Source: Eledone cirrhosa (Eukaryota). From it: a stretch of 64,000 bases of DNA. The notes under the pieces are model-generated. The model did no database searches. It saw nothing but the letters and a program-made list of their open reading frames with translations, and was not told the origin of the DNA. This document shows positions 56,818-64,000 of this stretch, piece after piece. The first letter of the stretch is position 1. Every line of letters begins with the position of its first letter. The DNA is taken from positions 62,001-126,000 of the forward strand of contig CAXHJY010000830.1 of assembly GCA_964016885.1 (NCBI GenBank), read 5' to 3'. A program made the position numbers and the translations under genes.

Positions 56818-59646
56818 TATCATCATCGTCATCATCGTTTAACGTCCATCTTCTACGCTTGCATGGGTTTGGACAGGATTTTCTCATTTAAGGCAAGATT
56901 TGTTGTCCTGCTCGTATAGGACTGTCTGGCGGGTTTTCTACAGCTGGGTGCCCTTCCCAAGACCAACCGCGTTTACAGTGTGGACTTGGAGGTTTTTACC
57001 GTGTTACCTACACGGCCACATTACAGCGTGGACTGTGTGTTTTTTTGTCATGACACCTACACGACCTCATTTGTTTCGGAATGGATGTTGTGGTACCAAC
57101 ATAACTTCACATTTAAGGGGGTGGTGTGGATGGGGTGGGGGTAGTGGGACGGGGTGTATTTTGTTAGAGGTGCCTACTGACTGTGGGTTTCGCTTTGTAC
57201 TTAGGCAAGATGGGTCATCTGTATAACTGTGTAGCGCCAAAGGTCTCGGTCCAGTGACATTGTCTTGGAGAGGTGTAAGTGTGTGAGGTCGGAATTTATC
57301 AAGTCATCCCAGGTTTTTCTGGGTCTGCCTACTCCGTGGCTACCGTCTATTTTTAGCGCCCTGCACTTTTTTATACACCTGTCGTCTTTCATGCGCATCA
57401 CGTGACCGTACCAACATAGTCTTCTCTCGAGTAAACAACATCTGATCCCTCTTATTCCTAATTTCTCCCTTAGTTTGTTTATGCTTTGCCGTTCACGTAT
57501 ATTACTATTACACATCCAGCGGAGCATGCAAGCTTCGTTTCTCTCCAGTCTGCGTATATCCTCTGCACACAATGCCCAGGTCTCACTGCCATGTAACATT
57601 GCTGTTTGTATGCAGGCATCATACAGCCTGCCTTTCATTTTTAGAGAGAACCCTTTAGCGGCCAATAGTGGTATAAGCTCTCTGAACTTTTTCCATCCCG
57701 TTCTGACTCTAGCTACTGTACTTTCAGAGCACCCTCGCCCACTGCTGATTTTATCACCCAGGTAACGGAAGGTGTCCACTATTTTTATAGAACCATCTGT
57801 GCAATGGAATGAGCTAGTCTCTGTGGGCACTTGCTGCTACTTATTGCACCAGAGCACCGGCCACATATAAAATCTATATTCTTAGTTAGCTTACCTGTGA
57901 TCCCACTACATCTTTTATGCACCCATACTTTGCATTTGAGACATAAAATGGAGTTTCTGCCTACTCCTTTCCTACACACTGAACATGGCCATTTCCCAGA
58001 TGGGACCGGTGCCCTATTTTCCTTCCTACAAACTAGAACTTTCGTCTTAGACAGGTTAATTTTAAGGCCTTTTGATTCTAGGCCATGCTTCCATGTTTGG
58101 AATTTCTTCTCTAGTTCGGCCATTGATTCAGCTATGAGCGTTAGATCATCTGCGTATAGGAGTTCCCATGGGCAGCCGGTCTTGAACTCCACTGTTCTAG
58201 CCTGAAGGGCAATAATAAATAGTAGGGAGCTAAGAACGGAGGAGCCTGATGAACACCAACTTTTATGCTAAACTCTTCACTATATTCGTTGCTAATTCTA
58301 ACCTTGCTGACTGTTTCTTAATACATGGCTTGTATAGCTCTCACAACCCATTCATCATCACCTAGTTTTCTAAGCACCCACCAGATAATGGAGCGGGAGC
58401 ACTGTCAAAGGCTTTCTCCAAGTCAACAAAAGCTAAGTATAGGGGTTTACCTTTAGCTAGGTACTTCTCCTGTAGTTGTCGTACAATGAATAGAGCGTCT
58501 GTGGTACTTTTACCTCACACAAACCCGAACTGCATTTCATCTAGATCAATTCTCTCTCTGATTAGTTGCGCTATTTCTTTTTCTGTGACCTTCATGACCT
58601 GGTCGAATTTAATGCCTCTATAGTTACCCCTATCTAGGGCATCTCCTTTACCCTTGTAGCAGTTAATGATGATGCTGTTACGCCAGTCCTTCGGAATGGC
58701 CCCATTCTGTATGACTTGGTTTACTATCCGGGTGACCATAGTGTGTCCCACTGTTCCAGATGCTTTCAACATTTCAGCAACTATTTCCAAAGGCCTAGCC
58801 GCCTTACCCGTCTCCATATCTTTGATTGCCTTACTTATTATACTACCTTCAACTAGCACTGCTGGTCCCTCTATTGGATCGATGTGGGGGAGACTGTCTT
58901 TCTCCCATTTATTCTCCTCATTTAGTAGCCTTTCGTAGTGACACTTCCAAGCTACCTTCTTATCAGCGTCAGTGATGGCAAGTACACCATCATCATTAAG
59001 GACACACTTCTCCCCAACAATATCACGATTTTCCTTGACACACTGCCTAGCAATCCTGAACACCTCACGTTTTTGGTCCTCGCGTTGTAGAACATGCTTG
59101 AACTTTCTTTCCTCTGCTTCCCTTCTTGCGAAGTACACTTGTCTCCTAGCTTCCCTCCTGGCAACTTGATAGTCTTCTCTACTTCCCCTATCCCGCCATA
59201 CTTTCCAAGCCTGCTTTTTGGCCTTAACTGACTCCTCCACCTTACTGTTCCACCACCACATTACTCTCCTCCTGCCTATAGGCCTGCTCCAGCCACAGAC
59301 TTCATCTGCCGCCTTCAGCAGGTTAGCTTTCAGGAATTCCCACTGTTCCTCTTTATTGTACGACTCTAATTGCTCTTCCTTACTGTCGAAAGCATCAAGT
59401 AATATGCTTTTAAATTTATTATTGGCTGTAGGGTCCTTTAGATTACATATTTTTCTCCTGAGGATAGTCCTCCTCTGTTGTCGAGTACGTCTTGTCCTGA
59501 CTATGAGGTCGCTGACTATGAGTCTATGTTGGGAGGTGTATTCTTCATGGGGGAGGGATTTAGTGTTTACAACAGACACTCTATCACGTCTTCTGGTAAG
59601 ATCTATAGGTGATCAAGTGATTGTCTCGTTTTTTGAAGTTTGTGTT
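56818..59646 (-). mobile_element. RTE LINE (older A-related subfamily), 2.8 kb, disabled
   Basis: ORFs 58515-59579, 57785-58192 and 57201-57830 carry RT and PHD motifs, separated by frameshifts; (CAT)n tail on +. Confidence 0.95.
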
Positions 59647-59689
59647 ATATATATATATATATATATATATTATATCATTATCATCATTC

Positions 59690-59993
59690 ATCATTATCAT
59701 TTTACATCCACTTTTCTATGGTGGGACGGGAACTGATTCTGGCTTGATTTCTACAGCTGGATGCCCTTCCTAACACCAACCTCATTTACAGTGAGTGCTG
59801 GGTGCCTTTTTGCCGTGGCACCTCCACGACCATTTTGCAGTCCCTATCATCTCATTTCTACAGCTGAGTAAACTGGAGCAATGTGAAATAAAGTGTCTTG
59901 CTCAAGGAAACAACACATCACCCGGTCTGAGAAATGAACTCACAACCTTTCGATTGCAAGGCCAATGCTCTAACCACTAAGCCATGTGCCTCC
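59690..59993 (-). mobile_element. CORE-like SINE
   Basis: Reverse complement of the 11322 copy with small deletions. Confidence 0.85.
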
Positions 59994-60037
59994 ATATATA
60001 TATTTATACATACATATGCATATTATATATATACATA

Positions 60038-60339
60038 TCATCATCATCATCATTTTACGTCCGTTTTTCCATGCTTGCAAGGGTGGGACGGGAACTGATT
60101 TTGGCTTGATTTCTACAGCTGGATGCCCTTCCTAACACCAACCTCATTTACAGTGAGTGCTGGGTGCTTTTTTTTTTCCGTGGCGTCTACACGTCCACTT
60201 TACAGTGTGGGGTGGGTGCTTCTTTGCCGTGGAATAAAGTGTCTTGCTCAAGGAAACAACACATCACACGGTCTGAGAATTGAACTCACAACCTTTCAAT
60301 TGCAAGGCCAATGCTCTAACCACTAAGCCATGTGCCTCC
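60038..60339 (-). mobile_element. CORE-like SINE, internally deleted
   Basis: Reverse complement of the SINE; a deletion joins gccgtgg to aataaagtgtc near 60232. Confidence 0.85.
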
Positions 60340-60349
60340 ATGTATATAT

Positions 60350-60381
<32 letters not shown>

Positions 60382-61392
60382 GTGTGTATATATATATATA
60401 TATGTGTGTGTGTGTAGATATATATTTGTATATTATATATATATATATATATGCACTGCTGAAAGTATTAATTCAGTTCTGTACAAAGATTATTCGTGTA
60501 AATGAAGAAACTGTAGGAATATTCATCTTGCCAACTAATTGAGTACTGTTTGTAGACTCCATATATCAATGTCAAATTGTGAGAGGACATTTTGTTTTTG
60601 TATAAGATAGGTTTTATGGCTCTTTTATAGCTTATATTAAAACAAAGTGAATATAGTAATTTGAAAACAAATACATCATATTCAACAATACATTATGATA
60701 TAAATTTATGGAACAAAATATTTTGTTTACTTGATGGAGATAAACAATGCCAAACAAAGGAGTCAGCACAGCATCTCTGTATGTATGAGTTAGCTAGATT
60801 CTTATTACAGTAAACAGTTATGTTTATGTTACAGCTCTTGCAAGAACACCTTTTAATATTTCATCATTGCCATCATCTCCACCACCACTGCCGCCATCAT
60901 TAATATTATCATTTTATGTCCATTTTCTACACTGGCATAACATTTGTGATTTCCCAACAATATTCAAATACATTATTTCATACTGCCGACTTTCAGATAA
61001 AACTTCATCCCTGTATAGAATTTTCTAGCAGGTTGTTATTGAGGTATATATTTAGAAGAAGGTTTTTTTTCATCATCACACACAATCAGCAGGCCATTTC
61101 AGTGTACTGTTCTAAGAGACTTAATGTCTTCTTCCTTTATTACACATATTTTATTGCTATATTGCATAAAATATTGACACATTTAATCAATAAGTGTTTT
61201 GCATGTGTGTATATATTTTCTCCCTTATATACTATCAACATTATTTGTAGTAGTCATCAGAGCTAGCCAGGTGGCTAAATTGTTGGAATTATCACTCACT
61301 AGTACCTCTTCAAATAGTCAAATATACATATGCAAGTTTTTTTTCACATTTTCACTATTAACAAGTTGATTGGGAAATTTTCTTTTTATACA

Positions 61393-61635
61393 TATATTGT
61401 AATATAGACTAGAGTAGTTAGTTTCTGATACCAAATCAGGTTTGTATATACATACACATTCAAAAACACACAAATACACCTACTATATTGTAATATAGAC
61501 TAAGGTAGTTAGTTTCTGATACCAATTCATGTATATCTAGGCCGGTATACACACACTAACACTAACACACACATTATATTGTAATATAGACTAATGTAGT
61601 TAATCTCTTATACCATTTCATGTATATCTAGGTTA
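61393..61635. repeat. 91-bp-period tandem repeat, about 2.7 units
   Basis: tatattgtaatatagact..gtagtta.t.tct.atacca starts at 61393, 61484 and 61575. Confidence 0.85.
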
Positions 61636-61744
61636 GTATTACATTTACTTGGAGGGAATTCAGTTAAGCAATTTTCTGTTAGAATTATTTTTAAAATATC
61701 ATTCAGTCATATATGACAAAATATTAAAAATGAGATGTAAAGAA

Positions 61745-62125
61745 CAGAATGTCTATTTCTGGTTTAGGCACAATTAAATCAACCTCTGTGCATTACTTTA
61801 TCTTTATCCAATAAGGATGAAAGGCAAAACTAACTTCAGTGGGATTTGAACTCAGGATGTAAAGGCACGTTGGCCAATGCTTTATCAATACTGCCAATCC
61901 ACTGCTCTCTGGATGTCTATAATAACGATATGCAACTCAGGCACAAGGCCAGGCATTTGGTGTAGGGTTTAATCAAGTAAATCAACCTCAGTACTTGACC
62001 AGTACTTTATTTTATCAGTTCCAGAAGGATGAAGGGTAAAGTCCACTTCAATAGAATTAGAACATAGATCTAGAACAAATATGAAGAAGACATTTTGTCT
62101 AATGCTCTAACAACTCTACCAACCC
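61745..62125 (-). mobile_element. Two decayed Nin/Deu-like SINE copies in tandem
   Basis: aaggatgaaaggcaaaactaac..gggatttgaactcag and cagtactttattttatc..gaaggatgaagggtaaagtc are reverse complements of the 45660 SINE. Confidence 0.65.
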
Positions 62126-64000
62126 ACAAGTATGCAGAATGACTACGATGACAACTAATATTTGATGCCATGACAACTGAAATGCATAAATAGCATGTAT
62201 TTACTTATATTTTAAGCACATCAGTTGTCAGCAGGCATTCATTCTTATTAAATATATCATATTAATTCTATTGTATTGCAAACACTATAAATTCAATAGT
62301 TAATTTAAGCATCTATCTTGTTTATCCAATATGGTATTATTCCTACATAAATTTGTTTGATATTACATTTAAAATGTGTAATTTCTGTTTATATTTTATA
62401 ATACTATTGCCAGATAATTGGATATCAAGAAAGTTTGCTATAAAATAGGTTAGCCAAACACTAAAATTAGAAAGAAAAAAATCAACAAAGAAGCAATTGA
62501 CCTTTATTAAATCTATGGATCTCAGTTAACCATTTTAAACTGTAGTTTTCTCTGACATAGAGAAGAAAACACTCCTTTAACTAAAATTCTATTTTCACAA
62601 ACATTCTGTATCTAAATAAGTGTGTGTGTGTGTATTTTACCTTCAGGGATTTTGTTCAAAATGTGCTGTTTAAAACAAGATAAAAATTCAGTGTTTCTTA
62701 GAACAAAGAGGGAAAGAGAACTTAATACAAACATAAAAATTCTACTTTATTCAAGCATGTCTAATCAATAATTCTTTGAACGATGATGAAACATCAAAGT
62801 TTGCTTACTTTGCATTACTATTGAAATTGAGCCATAGATGTTGCCAACCAAAACTCAAATTGCTACCCTAAAAAATCATTATTAATCTGTCAAATGCTGG
62901 AGATCAAATATTTTTCTAAGCTGACATGTGTTGCTATGGTAAACAGGTGAAATCATTTCACATGATGATTGGGAAATATCACAGAAAAAATATAAGGCCC
63001 ATTATTTGCTTGTTTTTTTTTTTATTTAATTACATAAGTTGAGCTTTGATTATATTCTTCATCATTTGTGTGACTTTATCAGCAACTAATTTTAATCAAT
63101 TATTTGTTACATGCTAAAATAATATCCATATTCTTAACTCTTCATCTATTTCAGTTCCAACTAAAATGAATGAATAAATAAATAAACAAACAGAAAATAT
63201 GACGATTGAATTAATAAAAAGTTAGAGAATATAAAGCTTTGAAATAAGAAACAGAAGAAAAAATAAATCAAAGGGATTAATCAGGATATTTGATTATCTT
63301 GGCCATGTCAAATCTTGACAGATCATTAAAGAAAAGTTCTATGGATACCAAGAAAAGGTGATAATTAGAACATCCAAGATAGCTGTGACCTATGAACCCT
63401 TAGAAGTTCTACTTAAAAACAATCTTAAAGATGTAAATGTGCAAAGTAGCTGGAAATACACAGAATATACTGCATGGAAATGTGATATTCATTGATAAGA
63501 GAAAAGCAGAGATCTGTAAGAAGCAATTTATCAAAATTCAGTGTTGATACAAAACTGAGAGTGACAAGAAGACATGGAAAATAGAATATATAGGATGGAA
63601 CACATATAAACTGAAAAATGATTAAACGTAGATCAATACTGAAGTAGCAGAAAGATATATGGCAGAGATATATACTTTCAATGTAGATCCATATTACCAA
63701 ATAACATTGATTTTACTGCCTAGAAGGGCAACCAACCAGTAGAATGTAAGAGAAAAACAGCAAAAGAATTGTTGCAAGTGGTTCTTAAAAGCAAGATTAA
63801 AGTATAATGACAACCACCACAAGCTTTTACTCTCTTGCTCTCTCTCTCGCACACACACACACACATACACCATATTATGAGAAGGGTATGTAGTTAAGAT
63901 GGGAAATATAGCTGCATGCATTTTAGGAATGCATTTATATGCATGAATATGCACAAATATACACGTGTACAAACATATCTTAACATGGATAAAAGAATAT

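Noticed and set aside
61393-61635. CRISPR-like repeat/spacer array
   Set aside because: Eukaryotic context, degenerate repeats, low-complexity related spacers, no cas genes.

Overview
AT-rich, repeat-dense eukaryotic DNA with no host protein-coding gene that I can support. The SINE types and very long (TA)n tracts suggest an octopod cephalopod; this is inference only. Main contents: about 15 copies or fragments of RTE-clade LINEs from several subfamilies, including a near-full-length but disabled copy at 32685-36210. The two younger subfamilies (A and B) carry a C4HC3 PHD-type zinc finger inside the reverse transcriptase. There is also a tRNA-derived CORE-like SINE that shares its 3' part with one RTE subfamily, several Nin/Deu-domain-like SINEs, a gag-deleted CsRn1/Boudicca-type Gypsy LTR element with both LTRs (24560-29076), and kilobase-scale (TA)n/(TATACA)n tracts into which most young elements are inserted. 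The strongest unexplained signal is a set of short, non-coding, mutually dissimilar elements at about 12.1, 30.7, 44.0 and 56.0 kb. Each is bounded by a long inverted repeat plus a one-sided tail, lies in or next to TA repeats, and carries a type I hammerhead ribozyme fold, suggesting non-autonomous Penelope-like or retrozyme-like elements. A second signal is a tandem array of hairpin plus H-type pseudoknot modules, with covarying base pairs, in the RTE/SINE 3' UTR. All folds and alignments were done by eye.
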